Assembly: GCA_038087875.1 (NCBI GenBank) | Contig: CM075993.1 | Location: 434,001 to 498,000 of the forward strand | Length of the DNA: 64,000 bases | Origin: Malacoraja senta | Lineage: Eukaryota | Direction of reading: 5' to 3' | Part shown: piece after piece, positions 1 to 14,532 of the stretch | How positions within the stretch are numbered: position 1 is the first letter of the stretch | Layout: each line of letters starts with the position of its first letter | The notes under the pieces: model-generated | Told to the model about the DNA's origin: nothing | Seen by the model: only the letters and a program-made list of their open reading frames with translations | Databases searched by the model: none | Translations under genes and position numbers: made by a program

Positions 1-109
1 GAAGCCAATATAAGACCCATAGTTCTTCCTCAAATGGGACAGAAGAGGGCTGTCAATTGTTTATTTTTGTCAGATATGAAGCTGACGGATAGGCGGACAG
101 TTTGTGAGG

Positions 110-600
110 TGGTGTGCTCCTGTTGTTGGAGCAGGATTTCTGTGCATTCCTAATGCATGGCTATAAGTTCTCAAAACCATACTCCACTTTGAGCAATTGT
201 GGGCTAGACATTCCTGGAGTTAGTTGGGATGTTTTATCTTTTCCCCAGAGATCACTTCCTTGAATTTGTTCTTCTGTTCAACAAATAACAGCCTCTTACA
301 AGGGTGCTGGGAATATTGGGTCTGTCCTTGGTACCTGGTGTTAAACATACAAACAACATGGCCTGTCCAACATTGCCAACTGGGAATGACTAGAACCTCA
401 ATGCTGCAGAGGTTGAAGTAGGAGAGAAAGCTGACGATGGTTCACAAATCCTCCCAGTGAACTTGGAGGCAGTATTGGTTGTATTTTCCAATCACCGAAG
501 AATAACAAAGATCAGGGATCACAGCTTTCTCCAAAACATACATTTTTTGACAGATAAGAAGCCTTGATTTATAAATACTCTTCTTCAATGGACCAACTTG
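110..600 (-). mobile_element. Decayed RTE-type LINE 3' fragment
   Basis: Minus strand shows KY.Q.CL..I.WED, WAGHV-like and related RTE C-terminal remnants. Confidence 0.5.
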
Positions 601-1349
601 TGTTCCTATAATGCTGTAGTTTCTGCAGCAGCAGTGCTTCTGCAGCCAGAGCACCACCCTGGCCCCTGCTCCTACAACACTGCCCATGCCTTGGCCATGA
701 CAACACTGTCCCTGAACTGCCTCTGCAGCTATGCTGTTCCCCCTGCAAGTGCATCTGCTGCGGTAGTGCTGCCAATAATGTACTATATGACCACTGCTGC
801 TGCTGCAGTGCTGCCTCTGCTGTTTAGCCGGCTCCTGCAATGCTGCCCTTTATCTGCAGTGAACTGGAAATGATACCAGCTGAAGCGATGGATTAAAATC
901 CAGCATGAAGACAGAAGAAAAATAAAAGAACAAACTACACAATGCTAAGACCAAGAACTTCACACAAGACGTCCAATCTCGGTTACAGTAAGAAATTTGG
1001 CCGGAAATTCTGTAACCACAAGTGTTTCAGATACAACTTCCTGTGGTTTCCTGCCTTCCACTCTCACAGAGATCCATAAGCCAACCCTCATTTGTAGCTT
1101 ATGTTTTGCATAAAATTAAATAATCAGTATTCATTTCTCCTGGAAGATGTTAAGCCTCTAAATAGATGTTGAGTTGTGGAACTAGCTGCAAAAAATTGCA
1201 GTGGAGGAATTGGATTAACTTCTGAAAATGAAGGAGAGAACATTATTTTGAGTGAAGTCAGGGAACTGTAGGAAGCAGAAACAAATGGTGGGATTTGTAC
1301 ATAGATCCCAAACAGTAATGGTAACTTGGGAAAGTAGAGGAACACGTAA

Positions 1350-2190
1350 GAAGAGTAATAATAATCAAGAAAACTGGACAAACTAAATGAGCAGTTATAG
1401 TGAGGAGAACAAATATGGGGAATGTGAAGCCACCAACTTTGGTAGAAAACATGCAAGGTCAAAATATTTTTAACTGGATGGAGATTGATAGGTGTTAGTG
1501 TTCAGAAAGACCTGGCAGTCTTTGTATATAATTCACTGAAATTTAATGTGCAGCTACAATAGGTAATTAGGAAAGCTAGCAATAGGTTGACCTTTGTTGA
1601 GGAGAATTTAATTTAATTTAGAGATGTGTTACTTTATTTATACAGAACTCTGGAGAAACCATTTGTAGGCTTTTTATACAGGTCAGCTCTCCCCAACTAA
1701 GAAAATATATATTTAGATAGAGAAAGGACAACAGAGGTTTGCCAGATTGATTCCTGTGTTGCAGGTTAGTTGCGTGAGGAGAGCGTACGCAGACGGGCCT
1801 GCACTCTATTGAGTTTTAAAGAATAAGAGATTATCTCACTGAAGCATAGAAAACTCTTCAGGTGCTTACAGAGAAATGTGGTGTTAAAATTTCCCCATGC
1901 TGGGGTATCTAGATCTAGGGGTCACAGCTTTAAGAGGTCAGGCATTCAGAACAGGGATAAGAACAAATTTCTTCCCCAAAGGATAATGAATGTTTGAAAT
2001 TCTCTGCTCCAAAAGTTCGTGGAGGATCAGTCCTGAGCATTTTCAAGACAGAGATTGAAGATGTTAAGGGAATTAGGAGATATGGGCTTTGTGCAGGAAA
2101 ATGACTCTGGGTAAAAGAACAAGGTTGAGTTACTGAATGTTGGAGCAGGAACAAGAGCCTTAATGGCCTTCTTAAGCTCTTAGTTCTTAT
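1350..2190 (+). mobile_element. Old CR1 LINE RT C-terminal fragment (others at about 11280-11660, 28610-29250, 57150-57670)
   Basis: Decayed CR1 motifs (HFG.KN, RDLGV, RGDLIE, RGH) with many stop codons. Confidence 0.55.
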
Positions 2191-4269
2191 GGTCTCTAAA
2201 AGGAACCACTTACTTCCAAGCTGTCTTTTCCTTCATTAGTTTATAGAATATTTCAAGATTTTACCTAAAAATGTTTTAATGCAATCTCTTTGCCTGCTTG
2301 TCCTTCTTAATTTTCCTATGCACTTTGTAAACTCTTCAAAGCTTTCTGCGAAGCTGAGCTTTCGGTATCTTCACAAACTCTACACGTTTGCTTGATTCTG
2401 TTTTTTATGTTGTTCAACGTCCATGAGAATCTAGAATTGAAAACCGCGTGATAAAGGGACTTCCACAATGGAGTGATAGAAGTGAGTCACATATTTTCTA
2501 TTTCTGGCATATTGAGTTCAATTTCCAATTCTTCTTCGCTTGTTTCAGTAAAGCTCTGGGTCGCTCAGTATATCAGGGTTCTCACTGTAAAGACAAAATT
2601 ATGGTTCCACTTGTACAGCAGCCGTTACCCCGACCAGGAAACTCTTCAATTGTCCTCTATCAGGAAGCATGAATAAGCTCCATTGTTACGACCTTCCTGT
2701 GACACTGACAGAAGGATTTTCAGAGAAACAACAGAGAAAGCCTGCAGTAGATCAGTTGTGGTTGAGTTTGCATGGGGTGGGGAATTGCTGACACCACAGT
2801 AACTATTAATAACTCTGCATATCACTGCAACTATCTTTATCATAAACACAAATACTTTTGCTAAAGGATCGCAGATCAATTATTGACATGATAGATGATT
2901 TGATAATTATGTTATACTGCAAATTTGTTTCATATACATGGTGGAGTTTGTATGAAATTGTACTGAGTTCTGTACCTGTATCCATCTGTCCTGTCTGTCT
3001 CTTTGGTTTAAGCCAGCATCTGCAGTTCCTTCCTACATACACACTCATCTCAACGGTGTACGTCAGTCTGCCCGTTTATACAGTACACGGTTTTGTGTGT
3101 GTGCCTGTCTGAGTGTGTCAATACACATTCATATGTGTATGTGTGTACCTCTGCACATGTGTATGTGTTTGCTTGTGTGTGGGTGAGGAGAGTAGTTATG
3201 ACTGTAGAGTGTCTGTTTTATGCAGCCTAGCAGCCCAGGGGCTGGGAGATATAGTTCACACATTGCTGAAATTACTGCTACATTCCTGCCTAATCTGCAA
3301 AACACTGTGTGCGCTGCTCAACACATCAATCAACTCAAAGAACAGGGACTGGAAGGCCAAGGACACACTTCCCGATCTCATTAAATTTTGAACAATCGGA
3401 AAATCCCAAGAGGAATCCAAAATTAGCCTGCTGTAGTGTGCCCCAGATCTTTGATCATTAGGAAGCAGAGGTTCAGGATGTATAAATAAAGGAGCAGGTC
3501 AGATACAGATAGCTTTGTCATTCGTTCCCACATGGCAACCATGCGTCAGCTGAAGGTCAGAGTTAAATTCAACTCAACGTTTGAACTTTCCATTCCAAGT
3601 CACAAAGTGACTGTCAACTTATAAGCAGAATGTTCAATTGAAGAAGCAAAATAAAAATCAGGAGATGATGTTGTGATGCCAGACGGCACTTTAAAGCCAG
3701 CAGGATTTTAGGTAATAGAAAAACTAAGCAAGGTGGAATGTCAAGCAAATGAGTGAATTTATCTGAATTGAAACAAAAGTATTCTGAAGGTTGGAGGTGA
3801 AGAAGATACAGAATAAAGTTCACAGCACCTTGAACAATCATGATCCTGGTGAAAGGGAGAAAGGAGATATTTGACAAGAGAGATGTTGGAGGCTTATAAT
3901 GAAGGCAGTGGGGGTGATGGGTTATGTACAACAGACAACAAGCGATTCTTTTCATCATATCCTTGGGAACAGATGAGTGAGTAGGACTTGGGACAGGTAG
4001 AACCACCAGAATGAAGGAAAACATGCATAAAATTAAGGTAATAGCTTGAGGTCATTTAGGTGTGCGGAGAGTCGAAGGCTGAAGTCCCTATCCATTGCAT
4101 CCTCCTACACCTCTCCAATTCTATCACTTACCCATACACTCGGGCCAATTTACAATGGTTAATTAATCATACAATCACACCCAAGCTTGTTACCGTGTAC
4201 TAATTTATTGTGCTGGGAGAGCTGTGCAGTCAAACAAGAGAGTGGGAAACAGCAGTTTCACATCCAGCA

Positions 4270-4600
4270 GTTCACATCATTAGGTTGTAAGCTACCCAAG
4301 CAGAATATGAGGCACAGTTCCTTCAGTTTGCGCGTGGCCTCACTCCAGCAATAGAGGAGACCCAGGACAGAAAGGTCAGTATGGGAATGGGAAGGGGAAT
4401 TAAAATAGTTAGCAACCTAGAGATACATCAGGCCTTGGTGGACAGGGCATGTGTTCAGTGAAGTGGTCGCCAAGTCTACGCTTGGTTTCTTCGATGTAAA
4501 GACCACATCAAGAACACTGAAAGAGGTAGATAAGATTAGAGGAGGTGCACGTGAACCTCTGTCTTACCTGGAAGGACTGCTGGGGCCCCTGAAAGGATAG
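4270..4600 (-). mobile_element. Penelope GIY-YIG fragment
   Basis: Reverse complement resembles 14720-15030. Confidence 0.6.
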
Positions 4601-4979
4601 AGGTATCAGAACATCTGTCTATCAGAAGATTCATAACCCTCTGAGAGAAGAAATTCCTCCTCCTCTGCATTTGAAATAGTCAATTCCTTATTCTCAAACT
4701 ATGCCCCTAGTTCTCGCCAGTAGAGGAAGCATCCACTCAGCATCCATCACATAAATTCCACTCAGAATTGTGCACGTTTCAACGATATCACCTCTTCTTC
4801 AGAGATTCACCCTGCACAACCTTTCTTCATATGTCAATTACATCACCCCAGGAATTGACCCAGTTAAGTACCAATAGAAGCTCATTGTTAAATACAGAGA
4901 ACAAAATTGAAAGCAGTGCTTTCCACCCGATGTCTCACCCTCACCCTGTAAAATTGCAACAAAACTTCCCTACTTTCAT

Positions 4980-5210
4980 GTGTAGGAAGGAACTGCAGAT
5001 GCTGATTTATACCAAAGATCGTCACAAAATGCTGGAATAACTCAGTGGGACAGGCAGCATCTCTGGAGAGAAGGAATGGGTAACGTTTTGGGTTGAGACC
5101 TTTCTCAAGTCTGAAGAATGGTCTCGACCTGAAATGCCACTCATTCCTTCTCTCCTTCTCTCCAGAGATGCTGCCTGGCCCACTGAGTTTACTCCAGCAT
5201 TTTGTGTCTA
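4980..5210. repeat. Older palindromic copy of the same Penelope-derived family (others at about 13830-14010, 17973-18135, 29253-29488, 32078-32265, 45650-45770)
   Basis: Shared AAGGAACTGCAGATGCTG / CTGGAGTAACTCAGC / GAGATGCTGCC modules in inverted arrangement. Confidence 0.75.
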
Positions 5211-8059
5211 GCTTCTCTACATTCATGTCCCATACCACTTGCAACAAAGACCGACGTTCCATTAGCCTTCCCCATTAATTGCTGTACTGTTTGCATTTTA
5301 TGTCCTTGGATCCCCAGATCCTTTTACACCATAACACTTTGCCATCTCACTCCTTTTATGTAATAAATTGCCTTTTCATTCTTTCGTCCTTTCCAGAGAA
5401 CCTCACATTTCCCCACATTATTTAACATGTGCCAACCTCTTGCCCACATATTTAAACTATCTGTTTACCTTTGCACAACTTATATCTTGCTAATCCACCT
5501 GTTGTTGGTATCATTAGCAAACATAGCAGTATACATTAGACTTTGTCTTGTCCTACTCTGAACTGTATCCAAAGCATTAACATTTTTTCTTAAATAAGGA
5601 AACCATTAATTCTCACAGCACTCCAGATGTGGTCTCACCAAGGCCATATGAAGCAGAGCCAAACAATTTTTGTATTCTCTGCCCTGGCCACAAATGATAA
5701 CGTTCTGTTTGCTTTCTAAATGATTTGCTGTACCTACATGCTAGACTGCACCAACCCATCCAGATTACGTTTATCTCAGAGCTGTCCTGGGTTTCACATA
5801 TTAATAAAATGTTTATTTTTAATTACTTTTTTAAATGGGTTTTGAATTTTTTGAATGTTTTTGAATGATATTCACAATCAAACCGTGGCAGGTGTGTGAC
5901 AGCTGGTTTACCATGGGGCTCTGTTTTAACCAGCTGTCAAGGCCTTTGTGTGTGCCGGGTTTCTTCAGGCATGGCCTCCTGGTGCCGATTCGGACTGCAG
6001 GGACCAGCACTTCACAGACTTGCCAAGCAGGTCAGAGCTAGCTCCCTGAATGAAGTTGCCACCAAGATCTTCTCCAGTCACGCGTGGATTTTGTGGGTAA
6101 GGAATTAGGCCGCTTACTATTTCCAAGGAGGTCAAGAGCATTCAATTATGTTGCTGCTTATAACAGTTTGTCAACATCTCCCCTCCGATCTCTTTCCTCT
6201 GCCACTCAACAGACTTCAACTATCAAATGATTATATGATCTCTACATTTCTCCTAGCAAAATACACCAACTTCCACCGGGAAATGCGTTCATGGAATGTG
6301 CATATTATTTAGATTCAACATATAATGTCCATTTCTAATTGCCCCTTGTTAACCAGATTGGTGGATTTTGAGTCCCATTAGGCAAACGCTGGTAAGGATG
6401 GCACATGTTCTTCACTGGAGGACATGAACCCAATGAGTTTGTGTCGTGTAACTTCCAATTTAATTTCATTACATGCATTTAATTATTTTTTAATTCTCCA
6501 TCTTGCATTCGTGCCCCTATTAAGCTGACAGAGAAGGAAAGTTCAGGTTAATCAGTGCACTTCTTCATGCAAACACAGGCTTAAAATTAGATCCAAAATT
6601 GAAGGATTGCATTGATAGAAAATTTAAGGGCAGATAATGGGAAGAAATGGTTTGCCACAGAGTTGAGGTTGTGGAATGTGCAGCCAGAATTATTGACTAA
6701 GGCATAGAGCCAAGCAAAGCCAGCAAAGACCACTACATACAGGCCAGATGGTGATAAACAAAAGGAGGATTAAGCATGAAACGGGGTGAGGAAATAGGAT
6801 TAGGACCCTGCTCATGTGACACAAAAGTTAGTGGTATCATAGACCGTGAGGATGGTTATCTTCAGAAAGAAGGGTCCTAACCCGAAACGTTGCTTATCCA
6901 TGTTCTCCAGAGATGCTGCCTGACCCGCTGAGTTACTCATTGTGTATTTGTTAATATATAATTAGGGACTCAGTTGTAGAGATGTTGGCCTGGGGGAGAA
7001 TACTGGTGTTGGTACACTTATCCTGGCAGTGGGCTTGGATGATTTTGAAAAGTAATAGTGATACTTTTCCAGTGAGGTCCATTGTAAAGAATTAAGCAAA
7101 TTTGCGGGTCTACAACATTTCATTCCCCAGGGCTGCACTGCCACCTGCTGGCTTTCTTTTCATCTTCTCTGACTGCTCCATGGGACAAGAAGGATGTGCT
7201 TCCATAATGGTTCTATTGGTTGGCAGGAGATTCATGCAGGATCAACAAATCTCCTGCAGGGAGAACAGGTGGAACTTGGCAGAGTGGCTGCTTACAGCTG
7301 GCATCCATTTTATAAAAGGAGCAGAAATTGAGATACAAAAGTGTGTTCACACAACACTTTGCAGATAGATGGACAATAAGAAGACTGCAAAACAATCAAG
7401 AATCCTTGCCTTGATCAATAGAGAAAAATGAAGGGAGTTATTCAACACCTGTATGAAGCTCAACTGGCCTCAGCTGAAGAGCTATTTAGGAGAACCACAC
7501 TTTGGGTGCCAACATCTTCATGAGGACATGAAGGAGATTTACCACAATGAATCTAGGAGCAGGATAATATTTACATGGAGAGACTGGAGAAGGTGAGAAT
7601 ATCAGAAAAGAGATGGAAATTTGATAAAGGTGTTCAAAATTAAACAGCATTTTGATGGAGTAAATTTTTTATTTTTATTTATCATTACACTTATGGGCGC
7701 CTTTCAAAGACTCTCAAGGACGCCTTGCAGATAAGCAGATTACAAAACATATAAGCAGAATAAAAAATAAAAAATAGTAGGGACATCAACAACATCACAA
7801 TACACAAATTAAGGACAGAATTTATTCCAAAGGCACAAAAAAGAAAATCAGAAACACAATTTGAGGCGAGAGCAGCGGCAGCTAAACCGCGCCAGCGTCC
7901 ACTCTCCCCTCCGACTGCCATCTTGAACACAGACTAACAAAGACACAGCACACAAAAATCATCCCCCCACAATGAATAACCACTGTGGGGGAAGGCACAA
8001 ATAAAGGATTGGCAACTAGAGGGCACAGTAAGAATCCTGTTCACATTGCTAGAGAGTCT

Positions 8060-8545
8060 AGAGTCAAGAGTGTTTTATTGTCAGATGTCTCGAAATGGAA
8101 CAATTAAATTCTTACTTGCAGCAACACAACATATATGTAAACATAGTATGTAAAACACATAATAAACAACAACAAAAAGTTCAGTATATATGTTTAAAAA
8201 AAACCACAAACAGACAAATAGACAATAATAGTGCAAAGTCAAAAATAATGCCTCCATGTCTATATAGTTCGGACCTAATTGGAGATTGTACTGTTCAATA
8301 GCCTGATGGTTGTTGGGAAGAAGCAGTTCCTGAACCTGGACATTACAGTTTTCAGGCTCCTATGCCTGCTTCCCGATGGCAGGAGTGAAATGAGAGTGTG
8401 GCTAGAGTAGTGTGGATCTCTGATGATGCTGGCTGCCTTTTTGAGTCAGGTTCTCTTGTAGATTGCTTTGATGGTGGGGTAGTCAGTACCCGTGATGGAC
8501 TGGGCAGTATTCAACACTTTTTGAAATCTCCTTCGTTCCTGGGCT
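8060..8545 (-). mobile_element. Rex1/Babar LINE 3' fragment
   Basis: Similar to 49350-49790. Confidence 0.65.
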
Positions 8546-11500
8546 AATCATTGTGATCTGGAACGTACTGCCCAAAAGGGTGATAGAAGCAGATTTAATG
8601 GCTAGGATTTGATGACCTGTCTGATGAAGGTTCTCAACTAGAAATGTCACCTATCCAATTTTCCAGAGATGCTGCCTGACCCGTTGAGTTACTCTCGCAC
8701 TATGTGATTTATTACCTCTCTGATGGTTCCAGGATACCACATTTGTGGACATACGTATTCCCAGAGATCTAAACACTGAGGCATCTGCCTTCTGGATATG
8801 TGCTCCCTGCACACTGATTACCTGCACACCTACTTCCATGGACACCAATTGTCATAGACACCCAGTTCTTTGGGTCCCGAGCCAATACGTCACCCATATT
8901 TTTCCTCCAGAGATCAAGCCTGACCCGTTGAGTTAGTCAAGCACTTTGAGTCTATCTTTGCACACCAGCCTTTTCGACACCTCAAAGTAAAGCAATTTTA
9001 AACCCCATGACCAGCTATTTGTATTCTGAGCTGGTCATTGTTTTGAACTGAGATAACTTAAATTAGAATAAAACAAAGCACTCACACAGAATGGCAATTT
9101 CCCATGGCCATGACTTTTGCAACGTTGACTTTGAGTCTTGACACATTTCAATGATAGTTTTGGTTTCCTTTGATTGCAAGTGTCCAGTGCACCAAGTGAC
9201 GGAGAACAGTCTGGAACCAACCTGTTGAGAAACAAAGCTGAACTCATTATTGCAGTAGACCATGTACAGGGGGCTGAGATCGCTAACCCTCTACACAATA
9301 ACTGGTTAGGGGCTTGCGCTGAGGAGGGAGATGGGGTATGAGTGAGTTGGTGCAAAATATTACTTGGTTCTCACGTCCCCCTGTGATCAGTTCCTCCAGG
9401 TACTAACTATCCCTGGGGTATGTTTTCTCAAGGTGCAGGTCGAATTGTCTATATGAGATTAGAATCAGAGATTAGTTTTAATAAACTCTTAATAACCAAC
9501 ACCATATTGTTACAAGAGGAAAATTCTTATATAAAAATAAATGATCATGATATAGAAGGGAGAATTAGTTGCGTGTGAATTATCAGCATCAATTGGTGCA
9601 ACAGAGGTTATATTAAAATGTTGATTTAGTGAGAAGTTCAAGTTTAACGTACAAAACATCCCTTTCGGTATTTTATCACAAATTATAGACGGAAGTGATT
9701 TAGATGAGATAATTTAGACTGCAAGAGAGGGTTTGGATTGACAGTAACTAAAAGGCCAAGAAATAAAAATGAAAGATTTCACTATTTTAAATACTGACAC
9801 ACACGCAATGGCAATAGAAGTGTGGTGGATAAATGTTTGTAGATTATATCCAGTCTTTCATCTCAGAATACTGAACCCCCCAGTTCCTCTAAATCAGAAT
9901 AAAACTGTTAATAATATTGACATCAGAGGGCTAGAGGTTGCTGTACAACATGGTGATGACTGGGATACTCACCACAAGGCCCTTCTGTGAGGCAGCACTG
10001 AGCTCCTGTTTGATGGAGTTATTCCCAGAGAGAGCTGCAACACGCTCAGATATTTCTGATACTTCATTCCTTCGATATTTCAAATGTAGCTGCAATAAAG
10101 TTGCGACAAATCCAATGAACAGAATGACAAGGCAATGTTCTCAGCTCTGTGCAGCTGCCATTGTACGAGTTGATTTTGGTCTTTGCAGAACCATTCCTCA
10201 ATATGAAAGTGACACAGAAATTCTCCGTGGAATTGTGAAGCTGAGAGAGGTAATGGGCAGCAATAAACTGTCCCGAGCTATCAGCAGTCAGTCCCAGAGC
10301 AGCGCCTACCTTGCCTGAAGCATTTGTCGTCAACATCTCCTCAGACTAAAAACCCAGAATGCTTCTGCAATATATTTCTGGAAAACAAAGTGGGAATCAC
10401 TATGAATCACTATGAAGAAAATCACAATTCATGACTGTAAGTATAAATAAAATTACTGTCGAATAACCCTGGAGTCCTATGAATATTTAATAACATGGAA
10501 AACAATATTGTTGCTTACGTATTTGGGAGTTTACTGACATGTAAATTGCTTTACAATTTCCCTTGACACTCCTTCCCCTTCTAAATCCATGTTCAGCCAA
10601 ATGTTTACAGTTGCCAGAGGCTCTGGGGTCTGGCTGAATGTTTTGCTGCTACTCTAACTAGAAAACTAAAGCTGTGGACTGTGAATATCTCAGACCTATA
10701 TCAATATGGTAAGGGCGGGGTGAATGCATTGCACCATTCAGTATGTTGGATCATTGGATACCTGTAAATTGGGAATACTGTCAGTCGACCATTCCATTGT
10801 AATCCTTTTCAGTCATAGGCTCTGAGTTTAAGTGAGCTAATACTTGGCTTACAATGCTCCATGGAGGTAAATGCAGAACTTCCCTGCAGCTGGCCGACCA
10901 TCCCTGGGCTGGATCTGCCTCTCACTGGTTCCATTCCTGTTTATCTTCAATTATCTGTTCTCCAGCCAGAGATGCTTCACATTTGCTAAAGATTGGATCT
11001 AAGAAAATAAAATTGTAAAAACTGGGATTTGACCTGTGATAGAGATTGGAGTAAATTGTAAAAGCTAAGAACACTCACATTTCAACCTAGCCTTGCAATC
11101 TTAGTTTCCTCGTTAGATTCTCTAATTCAATAATTCCTTATTGAAACCTTTCCGTACCTGAAATCTTTACTTAGCACAATCCCAGGGACTACAGATAGTG
11201 AGCCTTACATCAGTCGTGGTAAACTTAATGGAAGGGTTTCTGAGGGATCGGATATATTAGAATTAGTAAAGACAAGGACTGTTCAGGGATAGTCACTATG
11301 ACTTAGTTTTGTGGGAGATAATGTCTCACAAATTTTGAGTCTTTTTGAGGAGATGAAGAGGAATGACAAAGGTAGGGCTTTGTCTACATGGACTCTGGCA
11401 AGGCCTCTGACAAGGTCCTGCAAGGTAGGCAGGTCCAGAGATTTGAATAAATGGGATCCAGGAAGAGATAGCAAATTGGATACAAAATTAGCTGGTGGTA

Positions 11501-12311
11501 CGAGGCAGAAGGTGATAGTAGAGGGTTGCTTTTCTGGTTGGAGACCTGTAACCAGTGGTAGGTCCCTTCTTTTACCATATATATTAATGATTGGGATGGG
11601 AATGTAGGTAGCACGATGAGCAAGTTTGCAGATTACATCAAAATTGGTGGCACAGTAGACAGATTAGTCCACAGGCTTCATGTTTAAGACAGTGAAGAAG
11701 GGTTTCAACCCAAAACGTCACCTATCCATGTTCTCCAGAAATGCTGTCTGATCTGCTGAGTTACGACCACTCTGTGTCCTTTTGTGAGTAGGTGCACTGA
11801 TAGGTAAGGCAAAGGATATTGGCGTGGATAGGCATCCCGGTTGGCATGGATGTGATAGGCCAAACGGCCTGTTTCTGTAATGTATATCCCTGTCAATAAG
11901 CTAATCCTTAGGATCAGCCTTGTCTTTTCCCCATTAACCAAAGAACTGATTAAAAATGTCCTCCACTATAAATATTACGTCTCTCTTTCTGACCTGCGCA
12001 GTCTTTCCAGAATGTCTGTTTTCATTTTACATTACAAATATCTGTTTTTACTCTTTATCCCTCTGCTCATACATCTCACACTCAGGCATTGATTATACAC
12101 TGACATTGGAATGAGCTCCCATTCTCGCTCGATTCTGGGGAAATTGAGGAAAGGTTTGATTGGACTCTGTCTGCTATCAGGGCAGTATGTTTCTGGCAGC
12201 AGCAACACTTTATGGAAATCCTGATTGGCTTTTCCTGAAATTATCTAAAATTGATGGTGCAAGATAAGGCTGGTAATGCTTTGGGTGAATCTGGTTTAGA
12301 TGGGATGCTTG

Positions 12312-12536
12312 TGTTAAAGAAGGAACTGCAGATGCTGGAAAATCGAAGGTACACAAAAATGCTGGAGAAACTCAGCGGGTGCAGCAGCATCTATGGAGCG
12401 AAGGAAATAGGTAACGTTTCGGGCCGAAACCCTTCTTCAGACTGAAGAAGGGTTTCGGCCCGAAACGTTACCTATTTCCTTCGCTCCATAGATGCTGCTG
12501 CACCCGCTGAGTTTCTCCAGCATTTTTGTGTACCTT
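12312..12536. mobile_element. Palindromic Penelope-terminal-repeat-derived element with TSD
   Basis: Perfect 95-bp inverted arms at 12346-12440 and 12442-12536; direct repeat TTAGATGGGATGCTTG at 12296-12311 and 12535-12550. Confidence 0.85.
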
Positions 12537-14532
12537 AGATGGGATGCTTGCTGTGTTATTAAATGAACGTTACTGGAGGTTACAGAATTACTGGATATAA
12601 TCTTTCAATCGTAGTTTCAAGTGACAAGCCAGTGGACGAGAAACTTTCAAATGTTCATAAAACAGTCGAAGGACATGCCTGGCAAAATCAGACTTGTCCC
12701 TTTAATCCTAGTGTTGGGGAAGTTTTGGAAACACTAATAGGCACTTGCAGTGTCTGGGTTTCTATCAATGTTGCTGCAAGGATAAGCACATACTGCAGAC
12801 AGCGGCTCATCTATAAACAGAATATTTGTTCTTCTATGCAGTAACTCTCAAATGAACAGCAGTGTATATATAGACATACACTAGTGTTTGAAGATGTTTA
12901 GTTTAGTGAAAGAGAGTCAGCAGAGAATCAGAGTTAACTTTATAGGTCAATGATTCTTTATCAACAGCACTTTGCTTTGGAAGAATTTTGTCTCTCACTC
13001 ACCATGGATGTTACCTGACCTGCTGAGTAACTCCAGCACTTCTATGTCATGTTAGGCCATTCAGAACAGGCAACAAATGCTGGCTTTGCCAGTGAGGTCT
13101 GTATCCTAAAAATAAATGTAAAAATTGAGGATTGATATTAACAAAACAACATAAGTAAAAATGTAAAAAAATATATATTGCTAGCACAGAATTAAACGTG
13201 TAAAAATAATTTCATTTTCCAGGTAGACCATTGGAGGAGTTGTCTCAGTTTTTATTGTTTAAAACTAAAATATTCAAGATGTAATTAAGGATTTAATTTG
13301 GCATCGGCTACACTCTCTGCATATACCAGTAATGAACAGGAACATAATTTCCTGTACTCTCCAGGTCCATACTGCGTTCCCTGGGCTTGGGAGTAATTAA
13401 TTGCATTACAAAGATTGAATCTGGCATCTTCTGGTCAGTGCACTGAACATGTACTGCAGATCTACTACTTCGTGCAAATTAAATGCATGGATAGTTCATC
13501 ACCTGATTAACACTTAATGAAACGCGATGTAATGAGGCCATCCACTGGTAAACACCGAAGTCAGATCACCGGCATTGCTATTAGACGCTGCCACTTCCAC
13601 ATTCTCCAACTAAGTTTGGGGACTTTGGGGACATTAACAAAGCATCATGTTGCTTAAAACATTCTCCCAGCAGGATGATAGAAGAAATCTTCAGTCTTGA
13701 GATGGTTTTTCCAGTTGGTGCATTAATAAGCACACAGTTTATGTTATCCCAATGTGATATCACCAGCGGACAGATCTTCCCTTCCATACTCCTTTCTGTC
13801 TCCCAAAACAATAATTATTTCCACGATGTGTAAGAAAGAACTGCAGATGCTGGTTTAAATCAAAGGTAGATACAAACAGCTGGAGTAACTCAGTGGGACA
13901 GGCAGCATCTCTGGAGAGAAGGAATGGGTGACGTTTTGAAATGTCACCCATTCCTTCTCTCCAGAGATGCTGCCTGTCCCGCTGAGTTACTCCAGCTTTT
14001 TGTGTCTACCTACTGTATTATTTGCACAATGCTCTAATTCACTCTTCTATCTCTACCTCCCTCTCCAGCTGATGATACTCCCGTGTAACAAAAGAACAAC
14101 ACCTGCCCTTTTTATACACTGCATACACTCATATGATTTTGGAGCATCTGTAGGCTATTTGGCTTTCAATTTTGTTCCACCATTTAATAAGTTTATGGCT
14201 GATCTGACAATCACTTCAACTCTGGCTACGGGCACACCCCTTATCTGTCATTGCCTTGTTTGTCAAGAATTCATCTATGCGTAAAAATATTCAAAACATT
14301 TGCTTCCACTGCCTTTTGAACAACAGAATTCCTAAGATTCACTAGTTTCTGAAAGAAAACATATGCCTAATTGCTCTGTTAAAAGGATCACCCCATATTT
14401 ACAAATGGTATCTCTGCCTCTTCCCTTTATAGATTCTCTCATAAGAGGAAACATCCTCTCCACATCCACCTTATCAAGCCCCCTTAGAATCTGATATGTG
14501 TCAGTCAAATCACTTCTTACTCTTTCAAACTA

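Noticed and set aside
506-520. Further CAAAGATC footprint candidates (506, 3446, 5013)
   Set aside because: No matching opposite end or 8-bp TSD.
598-873. Ala-rich small ORFs
   Set aside because: GCA/CTG-rich low-complexity sequence with stops in the plausible frames, next to an RTE remnant.
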